Source: an uncultured bacterium (lineage in GTDB: Bacteria; Patescibacteriota; Gracilibacteria; UBA1369; PNNO01). From it: a DNA stretch of 32,000 bases. The notes below the pieces were generated by a model. It saw only the letters and a program-made list of their open reading frames with translations. It searched no databases and was not told where the DNA came from. Positions 22,294 to 30,095 of this stretch are shown one piece after another (within the stretch, counting starts at the first letter, position 1; each line of letters starts with the position of its first letter). The position numbers were made by a program, and so were the translations under genes. The stretch covers positions 540,001-572,000 of the forward strand of contig OY969931.1 in assembly GCA_963704705.1 (NCBI GenBank). Reading direction: 5' to 3'.

Positions 22294-23760
22294 TTATTCA
22301 GCTGGTTTATCCAAGCTTAATAAATCTAGATCTTTCAAATAATCCGGTATATATTCATCTGCAAGTTTATCCAAATCCAAGAGATAAAGCGGATCAACAT
22401 GTTTACCATTTTTAATGGTTTCAAAGTGAAGATGAGCACCTGTGGTGAAATAACCGGCACCTTTGCTTCCAGGGATACCTCCGGAAAGTCCGATAACTTC
22501 GCCAGGAAGAACAACATCCCTTTCTTCAACCATAACCTGATAAACATGTCCATAAACTGTTAATAAACCTCCTTTATGAGCAATAATTATATATGAATAG
22601 CTTGTATCACCATTATCTTTCACTTTATAAACAACACCTGCTGCAGGTGCTCGAATTGGTGTGCCCTGAGGAGTTGGAATATCGATTGCCTGATGCGGAA
22701 CTCCAAAGGCTGCTAAATAAGATGGGTCATGGAAATATGCACTAATTCCTCTGCTAGGTTCAACTGGCCAGTTTAATTTTTCGCCTGTTGCAAATTCCCC
22801 TAGCATTTCAAAATCATAAACCGCTCTTACATTCGGATTAATAAGGTTTTGATAATTATCAGGGTTAAAGTTTTCACCGTCTTCATTTATTTTTTGTTCA
22901 ATAAAAGCAAGATTTTCTTTAAGTTGATTGATTTCTGCCACTACTTCCAGCTGTTCTCGTTTTGACTGAGCAATCAACTCACGATAAATTTGTTCTTCAC
23001 CCTTTGTTTGAACAAGCAGTTGATTTTTAGCGTTTTTTTGAATTTTTAATGTTGTTTTATCTTCTTCAAGTTCTCCATTAAGTTTTGTTAATTTTTGTCT
23101 GGTTTGCTGCAGATATGTTCGCGCACTTTTATACTCGCCCTGAATTGTTTCCAGTTTATTAAAGATATTTCTGCCTGTTTGTTCAAGGATTGCGTAATAT
23201 TCGATTTCTTTAAAAGTGTCACCGATTGCAGCATCACCCAAAAGTAATTTTGACGCACTTAAATCAGCATCGTTATCCTTGTTCATAAAAGAATTTTCCT
23301 GTAGATAAAGTGCTTTTAGATAGTCTCTTAATACTAATTTTTGATTTTCAAGTTCAATTTGTTTAATTTTTATTTCATCTCTATAAGAATCAATTAAATT
23401 TTGCTTTTGAGATACCTGTTTTTTAACATTTTCTATTTTTGCCTGAGTATTTGAAATTAAGTAATTAAAATTATCAACTTGTCCCTGTAATGTATTTATT
23501 ACATCACTACTTGTTACCAGTCTGTCTTTAGCTTCATCAATGCTTTTAGTTACCTGAAAGTATTCATTTCTCGCATTTTGCAAAGAATTTTTTAACTGAA
23601 GTAAAAATTGTTGATTTTTTAAAGTCTGAGATTCAGTAACAGGCACTTTTTCAGTTGTGTCTTCTGTGTTTTCTTCAGCATATACCGAAGTAAGACTTGC
23701 CATTTGTAAGCCTAAAATAAGCCCTATCGCGATAATTTTTTTCAATTTTGTGCCTTTCAT
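22294..23760 (-). CDS. Secreted coiled-coil M23 (LytM-type) peptidoglycan metallopeptidase, EnvC-like architecture
   Basis: 488 aa with a signal peptide and about 270 aa of coiled coil. The M23 domain has HQAIDI (HxxxD) and GAHLHFE (HxH). Confidence 0.9.
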   Translation of the reverse strand: MKGTKLKKIIAIGLILGLQMASLTSVYAEENTEDTTEKVPVTESQTLKNQQFLLQLKNSLQNARNEYFQVTKSIDEAKDRLVTSSDVINTLQGQVDNFNYLISNTQAKIENVKKQVSQKQNLIDSYRDEIKIKQIELENQKLVLRDYLKALYLQENSFMNKDNDADLSASKLLLGDAAIGDTFKEIEYYAILEQTGRNIFNKLETIQGEYKSARTYLQQTRQKLTKLNGELEEDKTTLKIQKNAKNQLLVQTKGEEQIYRELIAQSKREQLEVVAEINQLKENLAFIEQKINEDGENFNPDNYQNLINPNVRAVYDFEMLGEFATGEKLNWPVEPSRGISAYFHDPSYLAAFGVPHQAIDIPTPQGTPIRAPAAGVVYKVKDNGDTSYSYIIIAHKGGLLTVYGHVYQVMVEERDVVLPGEVIGLSGGIPGSKGAGYFTTGAHLHFETIKNGKHVDPLYLLDLDKLADEYIPDYLKDLDLLSLDKPAE

Positions 23761-23780
23761 CTTTTGTTTTTTATCCTTAT

Positions 23781-23809
23781 ATTATACCTTAAAAAAGCCT
23801 TTATTTAAA
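23781..23809 (-). promoter_or_regulatory. Candidate promoter of the M23-yjbQ-nth operon: TTTAAA - 17 nt - TATAAT
   Basis: On the minus strand, TATAAT is at 23786-23781 and TTTAAA at 23809-23804. The ATG at 23760 lies about 20 nt downstream. Confidence 0.45.
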
Positions 23810-23828
23810 GCCTAAATCTAATTAAATT

Positions 23829-23875
23829 AGACCAGGTCTGCCCGCCAGACCAGGTCTGCCCGCCAGACCTGGTTT
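23829..23875. repeat. GC-rich 18-bp tandem array (2.6 units) AGACCAGGTCTGCCCGCC; each unit contains the palindrome AGACC-N-GGTCT
   Basis: Identical units at 23829-23846 and 23847-23864, then AGACCTGGTTT at 23865-23875. ACCAGGTCT and AGACCTGGT are exact reverse complements. The array lies midway between the divergent M23 and rpmA promoters. Confidence 0.85.
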
Positions 23876-23891
23876 AAAATTTAATTTTTCC

Positions 23892-23920
23892 TTGCAATAA
23901 AGCCTGCAATCAATTAAAAT
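23892..23920 (+). promoter_or_regulatory. rpmA promoter: TTGCAA - 17 nt - TAAAAT
   Basis: TTGCAA at 23892-23897 and TAAAAT at 23915-23920. The ATG at 23951 lies 30 nt downstream. Confidence 0.55.
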
Positions 23921-23950
23921 CTTCATGCTTTACAAATTAAGTATTAAATT

Positions 23951-24238
23951 ATGTCTAAGACTAAAGCAGGTGGATCAACCAAGAACGGCCGAGATTCGGT
24001 CGCAAAGCGATTGGGAGTTAAAGTATGGGGAGGCCAGGTAATACCGGCAGGAAGCATCATTGTTAGACAAAGAGGAACAAAATTTCACGCAGGTGAAAAT
24101 GTTGGAGTTGGCAAAGATCACACACTTTTTGCACTAAAATCAGGTGAAGTTAAATTTACTGAAAAGCGAATAAAAAAATTCGATGGCAGAAAATTTAAGG
24201 ATATTTTTGTTAATATCCTTGAAGGTACTGCAAAATAA
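23951..24238 (+). CDS. rpmA: 50S ribosomal protein L27
   Basis: 95 aa. [58 protein letters not shown] is the canonical L27 sequence. Confidence 0.96.
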   Translation: MSKTKAGGSTKNGRDSVAKRLGVKVWGGQVIPAGSIIVRQRGTKFHAGENVGVGKDHTLFALKSGEVKFTEKRIKKFDGRKFKDIFVNILEGTAK

Positions 24239-24259
24239 GTATACTTTAACCTTTAAATC

Positions 24260-24517
24260 ATGAAACTTTCAGCAAAAGCTCTAGGATTATCTTTGGGCAT
24301 TATGTTCGGACTTTGTGTTTTTATCACCACAATATTAGCTGTCTATACTGGCTATCTTAAGAATTGGGCAGACTTGTTGGTTGGAGTGTATCCTTATTAT
24401 GAATTAAGTTTACTAGGTTCTTTTGTAGGACTTGTTTGTGGATTTTTAGACGGATTTATTGGCGGAGTAGTTTTTGCTTGGATTTATAATGTATTTGCAC
24501 CTGGACGTGCATCTTAA
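24260..24517 (+). CDS. Small 2-TM membrane protein of a family I recall being auto-annotated as 'bacteriophage holin'
   Basis: 85 aa. The helices are LGLSLGIMFGLCVFITTILAVY and LLGSFVGLVCGFLDGFIGGVVFAWIYNVF. The ending G(F/L)(I/L)DGxxGGxxFAWxYN is the recalled family signature. Function unknown. Confidence 0.7.
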   Translation: MKLSAKALGLSLGIMFGLCVFITTILAVYTGYLKNWADLLVGVYPYYELSLLGSFVGLVCGFLDGFIGGVVFAWIYNVFAPGRAS

Positions 24518-24529
24518 TTTTGTTAATTT

Positions 24530-25213
24530 ATGGCAGATTTTGAAGTTTTTGGAGGTGTCGAAGATTCAGGACAAATTGACGAAGCATCTTTTGAAAAATT
24601 TAAAGAAAGGGTAAAAGCAGCTCAGGCTCAGATTAAAGCTATTCAAAAAGGTGAACAGAAGGTTCGTCAAAAAGAAGAAAAATTAATAAAGATACTTTTA
24701 AAATTTGTAAAAAATCATCATAAAAAGGATGTAATGCTTCTGATCGCACGTCTGCTTGAGCAAAATATACCGCCTATTTTTATTTTAAGCGTTGTTTTGT
24801 TGGGAAATGAGGAAGTTTTGGAAGATGAAGAGAGTAAAAAGCTTTTGGCGGGAAAAGTTGAAATACCTGAAGCTGATGCTGTTTCTTTGGCGAAACTAGA
24901 TAAAGATCAACTACTTCCAATTAAATTAAAAGCCAGAATAGATGAGTGGTTAAAGAATATTCTTAAATCAGCTTTGGAAAATCCGCACAGATTAATAAAA
25001 ACAGTTTATGATCAGGATGAAGAGATTAAGTTGCCATTGATCCAGCTTTGCGCATTTATTCAAAGAGATTATTTGGAAGCTAACAACGAAGAAGCTGATT
25101 ATGAAAAGCTAAAAGAGTTCAGTATGTTTTTTATGGCTGGTATTTTAAAGCAGGTTGAAGATTCTATTGAGAAAACAAAAGAATTAAAAGACATTGAGGA
25201 TCAATCTAAATAA
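24530..25213 (+). CDS. Hypothetical charged helical protein (227 aa)
   Basis: The ORF starts 12 nt after the previous stop, so it is probably in the rpmA operon. No recognisable domain. Confidence 0.7.
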   Translation: MADFEVFGGVEDSGQIDEASFEKFKERVKAAQAQIKAIQKGEQKVRQKEEKLIKILLKFVKNHHKKDVMLLIARLLEQNIPPIFILSVVLLGNEEVLEDEESKKLLAGKVEIPEADAVSLAKLDKDQLLPIKLKARIDEWLKNILKSALENPHRLIKTVYDQDEEIKLPLIQLCAFIQRDYLEANNEEADYEKLKEFSMFFMAGILKQVEDSIEKTKELKDIEDQSK

Positions 25214-25220
25214 CCCACAA

Positions 25221-26081
25221 TTAAGCAGCTGATAAACTTCTAAGGTTCTCAACAGCTACTTCACGGTATTCAGCTTGGGAATCAGAACAATCATTTAATA
25301 CCTGACCGCCTTGATTCTTCATATCAATCAGTTGATTTTCAAGCTTTTCAAGATCTTCATAAGTTTTTCCGGTCTTTTCAAAACTGTTAAATGATTGAAG
25401 TTTTCCGTAAATAGCTGTTAATGCTCCTGGTATTGCACCTAATGGACCGAAAAAGATCCCGCCAACAACTGATGCGGTAATTCCGCCAGCTTGTTTACCT
25501 TGTCCAAGTGCTGGTGAAATAACGTCTGCTTTAAGTGTAGGTGGTAAATTAAGTTCACCATTATTTATTTTCTCAGCTAATTTTTCGATTTTCTTTAAAT
25601 TCGTTTTAAATCTTGAACTTTTTATAAGTCCATAAATAGAACCAATAAAAGGGAATAAAGTAACACCAAATCGATGTGATTCCCTTGAATTTTCAGCTTG
25701 TTCCTTTGCTGTTTGTACGAGTTTTAATAATTCATCAATTAATTCCTGACTCTCACTTATAGCTTCTTCTGCACGATTAACAAATCTCATAGTTGGGTTA
25801 TGTTCAACCCCATATTCATCTACTTGTTTATATAAATTATTTTTTTCCGCTTCTTCAAATTCAGCAGGATTTAATGGCATTTTTTTTGCTTTTTGATCAG
25901 GCAAAGCAGCCATATCAACATTTTTACTGAAATCTTCATATTGTGCATCTGAAAAATTGGTTTTTTGGCAATATTCATAAGCACTTCCAAATTCTCCTCG
26001 TTGAATCTGTCCTTTTAAAGCATCAGCAGAGGCAGGAGTTGGAGCTTGAATTTTCTCTGGATTTTCTCTGGATTCAGCCAT
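25221..26081 (-). CDS. Hypothetical protein with two Gly-rich hydrophobic segments (glycine-zipper-like)
   Basis: 286 aa. FGVTLFPFIGSIYGLI and GGITASVVGGIFFGPLGAIPGALTAIYG are embedded in otherwise acidic helical sequence. Confidence 0.7.
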   Translation of the reverse strand: MAESRENPEKIQAPTPASADALKGQIQRGEFGSAYEYCQKTNFSDAQYEDFSKNVDMAALPDQKAKKMPLNPAEFEEAEKNNLYKQVDEYGVEHNPTMRFVNRAEEAISESQELIDELLKLVQTAKEQAENSRESHRFGVTLFPFIGSIYGLIKSSRFKTNLKKIEKLAEKINNGELNLPPTLKADVISPALGQGKQAGGITASVVGGIFFGPLGAIPGALTAIYGKLQSFNSFEKTGKTYEDLEKLENQLIDMKNQGGQVLNDCSDSQAEYREVAVENLRSLSAA

Positions 26082-26244
26082 TTATTTGTTTTTTTATTTT
26101 TGAAATTTCTGCCTGGTCTTTTTGATTTAATTTAAATTCCCCAACTTTATCATTTTCTTTTGCTAAAGTTGAATGCAGCTTTTTATAATCAGCTGCAATT
26201 TGGAGTTTTTTTAATAAATCCTGTTTTGCTTTACTATCACTCAT
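26074..26244 (-). CDS. Small helical protein (56 aa), not in the ORF track; overlaps the downstream gene by 8 nt (ATGGCTGA)
   Basis: Manual translation: MSDSKAKQDLLKKLQIAADYKKLHSTLAKENDKVGEFKLNQKDQAEISKIKKQING*. The ATG is at 26244-26242 and the TGA at 26076-26074. A promoter-like site lies just upstream. Confidence 0.45.
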   Translation of the reverse strand: MSDSKAKQDLLKKLQIAADYKKLHSTLAKENDKVGEFKLNQKDQAEISKIKKQING

Positions 26245-26266
26245 TTTTTGTTTTTATTTCGATAAT

Positions 26267-26295
26267 ATTATATCACAATTCTATGCTTCCGTAAA
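26267..26295 (-). promoter_or_regulatory. Candidate promoter: TTTACG - 17 nt - TGaTATAAT for the 56-aa / 286-aa gene pair
   Basis: On the minus strand, TATAAT is at 26272-26267 and directly abuts the TGA stop of the dipeptidase gene (26275-26273). TTTACG is at 26295-26290, inside that gene. Confidence 0.5.
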
Positions 26296-26938
26296 TAGCC
26301 TCGGATTTACCTCTGGTTTTTGCCCATTCCTGATCCCCATAACTATAGTGCCACCATTCTTCAAAATAATTTGCAAAGCTGACAGATTCCATTATCTCTT
26401 TGAACATCATGCGATTTTTATGGAATTTATTTGTTGAATCTTTCTGAAAATGATTGGTAAATGACTTTTCAGTAAATTCATCAAACGGTGTGCCCATAGG
26501 TAATTCTGCGCCTGTTTCATCAACAATTGTCAGATCAATTGCAGCACCTGTATTATGCGGTGCAGGGAATTCAGAATTATGTGAAGGGGGGGATACAAAT
26601 ATCTCAACCATCTGGCAAAGTTTTTCATGAGGGAAATCAGGATGTTCTTTTTTAAGCCGATTATAATAATCGTCGTAAAGTATTTTTTGTACTTTTAATG
26701 TTCTGAATGCATCCCAAACTTTAAAATTGTAACCTTTTGGAAGATTTTTTTTGGCTTCTCTCAGCTTATAGAGGGTTCCTGTTCTCAACTCTATTTTAGG
26801 TGTTTCAGAAAAACCCCAATTAAAATACATTGGTTCCAAAACAAACTCATCCTTGTTTAAATCAACAAGGGATTCTCCACATTCATTTATATGAATCTTA
26901 ATTTTATGATCATGTATATGATTTTCTAAATTGTCCAT
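26273..26938 (-). CDS. ddpX: D-alanyl-D-alanine dipeptidase, peptidase M15D (VanX/DdpX family)
   Basis: 221 aa. GYNFKVWDAFRTLKVQ, PHNTGAAIDLTIVDETGAELPMGTPFDEF and EEWWHYSYG correspond to the VanX motifs (GYxLxxWDxYRP, SxHSRGxAIDLTL, EWWHY). Confidence 0.85.
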   Translation of the reverse strand: MDNLENHIHDHKIKIHINECGESLVDLNKDEFVLEPMYFNWGFSETPKIELRTGTLYKLREAKKNLPKGYNFKVWDAFRTLKVQKILYDDYYNRLKKEHPDFPHEKLCQMVEIFVSPPSHNSEFPAPHNTGAAIDLTIVDETGAELPMGTPFDEFTEKSFTNHFQKDSTNKFHKNRMMFKEIMESVSFANYFEEWWHYSYGDQEWAKTRGKSEAIYGSIEL

Positions 26939-27507
26939 TGGTCATGAATTATTCCTACTAACATCCAACCGTCATTATATTTTTCAAATACTAATCTTAA
27001 AGATTCCCAGTCCATTCCTTCATATTCGGGATTGAATCCGGGAAAATGGAATTCAACAAATTCAGCATTAGGATAAACTTCCTCAATATTAACTAAAGTG
27101 TTTCCGATACCTAAAACTTTATTTAAAGAATATTCTTCAGAATTTGCGAAATCTTTGTCATAAATAAATTTGTCATAATATTCACTGAAAGTCATCTCAA
27201 TTGGTTCACCTGAACCATCATATGAACCCCATTTATAAACAGTTTGATCATTAAACTTATCTTTTAAATCACTTGGTTTTAAAACAATATCATTTTGCAC
27301 GTTTATAAATGAATATGGTGAAAATCTTACTCCTTTAATTGGATGAACAAATTCAGCCAATTGTTCCAGATCTTTATTTTTTAGAATTTCGATAACTTGT
27401 TTTGCTGTATTATCCAGATCGCTGACTTGTTTTGTTTGTGTTTTTACTAAATTACATCCCGACAGCAGTAAAACGCTTAATAAAGCGAAAATTGCCATTT
27501 TTTTCAT
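26926..27507 (-). CDS. Lipoprotein of unknown function (start chosen at MKKMAIF; the ORF is open to 27537)
   Basis: The signal peptide MKKMAIFALLSVLLLSGC has a lipobox LSGC. It overlaps the dipeptidase gene by 13 nt. Confidence 0.75.
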   Translation of the reverse strand: MKKMAIFALLSVLLLSGCNLVKTQTKQVSDLDNTAKQVIEILKNKDLEQLAEFVHPIKGVRFSPYSFINVQNDIVLKPSDLKDKFNDQTVYKWGSYDGSGEPIEMTFSEYYDKFIYDKDFANSEEYSLNKVLGIGNTLVNIEEVYPNAEFVEFHFPGFNPEYEGMDWESLRLVFEKYNDGWMLVGIIHDQWTI

Positions 27508-27571
27508 AAAGTTTTGATTAAGAGGCATCCAAATCATAACTTAATTTGAAGTAAATAATCAAATCCGGAAT

Positions 27572-27607
27572 AAAAAAGAGAGCCGCCATTTTGGTAGCAG
27601 CTCTCTT
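27572..27607 (-). terminator. Rho-independent terminator of the beta-helix protein gene
   Basis: The minus strand reads AAGAGAGC-(16-nt loop with an inner GCCA/TGGT pairing)-GCTCTCTT followed by TTTTTT (plus-strand A run 27572-27577). It begins 20 nt after the stop at 27627. Confidence 0.65.
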
Positions 27608-27626
27608 TGTAGAATTTTTGTGATTT

Positions 27627-29483
27627 CTAATTTGTCAGAATTCTATAAAGCATATCCATTGCATATCTTCTGTTTAACTGCATAGGTCCAACTTCTGTTG
27701 GGTCACTGAAAGAGAAAGGTACCCATCCATTACCGTCAGCATCGTCCACCATTGAACAATACCAGCAATCACCAGAATCAATATTGTAAACTAAATCCAA
27801 AGCTCCTAAGAACATTTTTAGTCCTTCACCAAGTAAAACAATATTTCCTGGTTTTGCATCACCGTCAGGATAACCCTGAACAAATCCTGCATCTTTTGCA
27901 GTACAGAAGTATTTAGCATACCAATCATTTGTTACATCAGGGAAGCATGCAGCAGCATTTTGATCTACAACACCCAGACCTTTATATTCACGGGCTCTAA
28001 ACGCCATTGCCAATAATTCAGCTCTAGTTAAGTAATCGTCGATTCTCAAATTTCCATAACCGTCACCCTGTACTATTCCTCCATGATTACATAAGTAAAC
28101 CGCAATATTATAATGACTGTCGGTTGAATCAATATCCAACCATCCTCCGCAGGCTACCTGAACCTCAGTTAAACAAACAGCACTACAACCGTCTCCATTT
28201 ACTAAGTTGCCATCATCACATTGTTCTCCGGTATCAACTGTTCCATCACCGCAAACTCCGCCTGTGCTTTCTATTGTACAAGAAGAGCTGCAACCGTCAC
28301 CATTCACTAAATTGCCGTCATCGCACTGTTCTCCTGATTCAAGATAACTGTTTCCGCAAGCTTGTGGAATTTCAAATTCATGAAATCCTGGATCATATTC
28401 TGCACCCTGAGGTCTTGAAGTCCCAAAGTAGTCATCGCTGACTAGCAGGATACCTCTTCCCTTATCAATACAAGTTGAACTTGCACCTAATTTGTAAGCT
28501 GCTGCACCGGTTCCACCCGCAAAAGCAGGGTCACAATCTCCTTCACCAAAGTTGTTTTCAGCAACTGCATTTGGTGATAAAACATAATCATCACCAGAAA
28601 CATTGTTAACAAGATTGTTATAAAGTGTGTGTCCGGTTCCGCTTGAAGCAATAGCTCCGCTTGAAGCAGTACCTCCAACAACTGTGTTGTTATAAACCTG
28701 CGCTTCATTTGAAATTCTTATTGCAACTCTGTTATTGACTCCGGAATTAGCAATTAAATTGTTTCGTACGATAGCTCCGTCAGTTGCTCTGATAATTCCA
28801 TAAGAACCATTTAAAGACGATGTTGAGTTGAAGTAATTTTTATCTATTAATGAATCTCCTGCACCTATTGCATCAACAATTGATTGATCAGATGTTGCTA
28901 ATGTGAAATAGTTATTGATAATTTCTCCAACGCTTCCTGCACCTGAATTGATTCTTACAAAATAATTAACAACCGTAGAAAGCCCAAAGTAGTTGTCTGA
29001 AACAGCAAATTGCAGACCAGAGCCAGCATTGTTAACCGAAATCAGATAATTAACTCCAAGTTGGCCTCCAAATGTCATTCCTGAAATTTCACCGCTTGTG
29101 TTTGTAACATCAATTTTTCCATTTAACATTGTACTGTGTGCCTGGGTATCCCGATCAGTAAATGGATTTAGATCTCCGGGACCGCCATTGTAACCACCCA
29201 TAATTCGTACTTCATCAGATCCTGTAATGTTTAGATCTTCTGTATAATTCCCTTCGGCAACATGAATCGTCCCGCCATCACTATCCAAATCATTCAAAGC
29301 TTCAGTAATTGTCAGATAAGGTGAATCAATTGGTCCATGGACATAAGTCCCATAATCCACCCATGTCAGTTCTCCGTCTACGTAAAGTTCTTGATACGCA
29401 GCAGAAACAGATTGAGATGCCACAATAAATAGCCCCGTCATAACAAGGAAGGGGATTAGCATCTTCGAGATTCTTTGTAACAT
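27627..29483 (-). CDS. Secreted protein: right-handed parallel beta-helix repeats, two Cys-rich 'Myxococcus-type' repeats, 2-3 SLH-like repeats
   Basis: The ORF is open to 29546. The start was chosen at [28 protein letters not shown]|A because that gives a signal peptide. The N..(I/V).NN repeats (NNYF, RNNLI, YNNTV, YNNLV) are typical of PbH1 beta-helices. The Cys-rich repeats are [27 protein letters not shown] and [27 protein letters not shown]. The C-terminus has [33 protein letters not shown] and ...[29 protein letters not shown]. Confidence 0.85.
   Translation of the reverse strand: MLQRISKMLIPFLVMTGLFIVASQSVSAAYQELYVDGELTWVDYGTYVHGPIDSPYLTITEALNDLDSDGGTIHVAEGNYTEDLNITGSDEVRIMGGYNGGPGDLNPFTDRDTQAHSTMLNGKIDVTNTSGEISGMTFGGQLGVNYLISVNNAGSGLQFAVSDNYFGLSTVVNYFVRINSGAGSVGEIINNYFTLATSDQSIVDAIGAGDSLIDKNYFNSTSSLNGSYGIIRATDGAIVRNNLIANSGVNNRVAIRISNEAQVYNNTVVGGTASSGAIASSGTGHTLYNNLVNNVSGDDYVLSPNAVAENNFGEGDCDPAFAGGTGAAAYKLGASSTCIDKGRGILLVSDDYFGTSRPQGAEYDPGFHEFEIPQACGNSYLESGEQCDDGNLVNGDGCSSSCTIESTGGVCGDGTVDTGEQCDDGNLVNGDGCSAVCLTEVQVACGGWLDIDSTDSHYNIAVYLCNHGGIVQGDGYGNLRIDDYLTRAELLAMAFRAREYKGLGVVDQNAAACFPDVTNDWYAKYFCTAKDAGFVQGYPDGDAKPGNIVLLGEGLKMFLGALDLVYNIDSGDCWYCSMVDDADGNGWVPFSFSDPTEVGPMQLNRRYAMDMLYRILTN
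28164..28358 (-). repeat. Tandem duplication encoding two ~30-aa cysteine-rich repeats ([27 protein letters not shown])
   Basis: Residues 397-426 and 432-461 of the ORF. The DNA copies are clearly related, for example gtctccatttactaagttgccatcatcacattgttctcc vs gtcaccattcactaaattgccgtcatcgcactgttctcc. Confidence 0.85.
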
Positions 29484-29571
29484 ATATAAAAGGTTAATAA
29501 AAACTCCGATTTCCATAATACATCTATTATAACGATATTCAAACAATGACCGTTACAAGTTTAAGACCATG

Positions 29572-29600
29572 TTGCTATTAAGAATCTGATGTAATACAAT
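29572..29600 (+). promoter_or_regulatory. Promoter: TTGCTA - 17 nt - TACAAT for the lipoprotein gene
   Basis: TTGCTA at 29572-29577 and TACAAT at 29595-29600. The ATG is at 29630. Confidence 0.5.
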
Positions 29601-29629
29601 CAAAAACAGTATTATTAACTTTAATTAAC

Positions 29630-30085
29630 ATGAAAAAAATAATTACTATTCTTGCTTTTCTTTTGTTTGTGTTTACAGGTTGCATGCAGGCAGCACCACA
29701 GGAAGATGCTGTTATGAACAATGAAAATGCTTTAACTAATGAAGAAAAAACGAACATTACCGAAAGTATGCCTGAAGATTATCAGGGAGCATGGTTTAGA
29801 ACAGGTGTTTATATGGATGGAGAATTGCAAAATCAATCTCCTGCGATTTTAACATTAAATAAAACTGATTACACCTCTGTTGGTACATGCAGTAATGCTG
29901 GTCAACTAATTGATAATGGTGATAATAGTATAACTTTAACGCTAGATAGTACTGATTGTCCTGGTGTAACTGCTGGCGGTCAAGTTACATATACTTATAC
30001 TATCCAATATGATCAGGATCGTGATGTTGAAACAATGACAACTTATACCGGACCTGTAACTGAAACTTACGACAGGCAAAGCTAA
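29630..30085 (+). CDS. Small lipoprotein of unknown function
   Basis: 151 aa. The signal peptide MKKIITILAFLLFVFTGC has a lipobox. Confidence 0.75.
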   Translation: MKKIITILAFLLFVFTGCMQAAPQEDAVMNNENALTNEEKTNITESMPEDYQGAWFRTGVYMDGELQNQSPAILTLNKTDYTSVGTCSNAGQLIDNGDNSITLTLDSTDCPGVTAGGQVTYTYTIQYDQDRDVETMTTYTGPVTETYDRQS

Positions 30086-30095
30086 TTAAAATCTA

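Noticed and set aside
23829-23875. Possible miniature CRISPR array or CRISPR remnant.
   Set aside because: The 18-bp units are directly contiguous with no spacers. There are only 2.6 copies, and the window has no cas genes. I treated the element as a palindromic tandem repeat or operator-like site instead.
23761-23950. Replication origin or dif site in the largest intergenic region (190 nt).
   Set aside because: No DnaA boxes (TTATCCACA-like) were seen, and there is no dnaA or dnaN nearby. The repeat does not resemble the 11-6-11 XerC/D dif consensus.
22294-24517. Prophage lysis cassette (M23 peptidase plus 'holin'-annotated small membrane protein).
   Set aside because: The two genes are on opposite strands and separated by rpmA. 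The peptidase has an EnvC-like coiled coil and sits in an operon with yjbQ and nth. No phage structural, terminase, integrase or repressor genes are present.
26273-26938. Vancomycin-resistance (van) operon, because of the VanX-like dipeptidase.
   Set aside because: There are no vanH, vanA/B ligase, vanR/S or vanY genes nearby. A stand-alone M15D dipeptidase is more consistent with a DdpX-type housekeeping or scavenging function.
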